Origin: Octopus vulgaris
Lineage: Eukaryota
Length of the DNA: 64,000 nucleotides
Direction: 5' to 3'
Assembly (NCBI GenBank): GCA_951406725.2
Contig: OX597815.1
Location: 7,068,001 to 7,132,000, forward strand
Shown: positions 63,725 through 64,000 of the stretch, one piece after another
How the letters are laid out: each line of letters begins with the position of its first letter
Numbering within the stretch: the first letter of the stretch is position 1
Translations under genes and position numbers: made by a program
The notes under the pieces: model-generated
What the model was told of the DNA's origin: nothing
The model's database searches: none
Seen by the model: the letters and a program-made list of their open reading frames with translations, nothing else

Positions 63725-64000
63725 GTTAGAACCCCCTTTTTTTTTTATTTTCAGATGTTATCCCTTTTTACTGCCAGAACAACGAAAATATTTTGACAAA
63801 TTAAATTTAAATGTTGAAGTGAATCTAACGTTTTTTGTGTTTCTTAAATGGCTTATAAACACCTTCCACGCTTCAATTGATAATTCAACTGTTGATACTG
63901 AATTGCGTTCATGTTGATGTGTAACCATGGCTATATATGTTCATGTTGGTACTTAATCCTAGCTCTCTGTTTTCATATCAATACTTACCTGTGGTCATGT

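Noticed and set aside
63725-63917. Extension of INTS5 exon 17 to the ORF stop, or a 30-nt micro-intron ending at 63754
   Set aside because: The downstream translation (CYPFLLPEQ...) does not resemble the expected ERDL-type continuation; the next exon is probably outside the window

Overview
Eukaryotic, AT-rich, microsatellite-dense genomic DNA whose repeat families look like those of a cephalopod, most likely Octopus (recognition, not a database result). Two intron-containing + strand genes can be rebuilt from GT-AG boundaries with consistent phases. (1) A C7orf57-like (DUF5524-type) gene with 4 coding exons at 184-8393, 251 aa from Met184. Its conserved N-terminal motif survives upstream only behind a TGA and a frameshift. 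(2) Integrator complex subunit 5 (INTS5), with 17 exons at 29100-63724 (about 799 codons), continuing past the window. Almost every ORF in the supplied track is a spurious translation of repeats. The rest is a mosaic of tRNA-derived SINEs, 3' ends of RTE, CR1 and R4/Dong LINEs, a Penelope GIY-YIG remnant, piggyBac/hAT/mariner/Helitron-like non-autonomous elements and long foldback palindromes. The most notable observations: about 8 Penelope-type minimal hammerhead ribozyme motifs (one with an intact core at 20268-20348, minus strand); a partial duplication of INTS5 exon 13 that makes a frame-preserving 84-nt candidate cassette exon; several long foldback structures; and a TIR element flanked by a 57-bp direct duplication.
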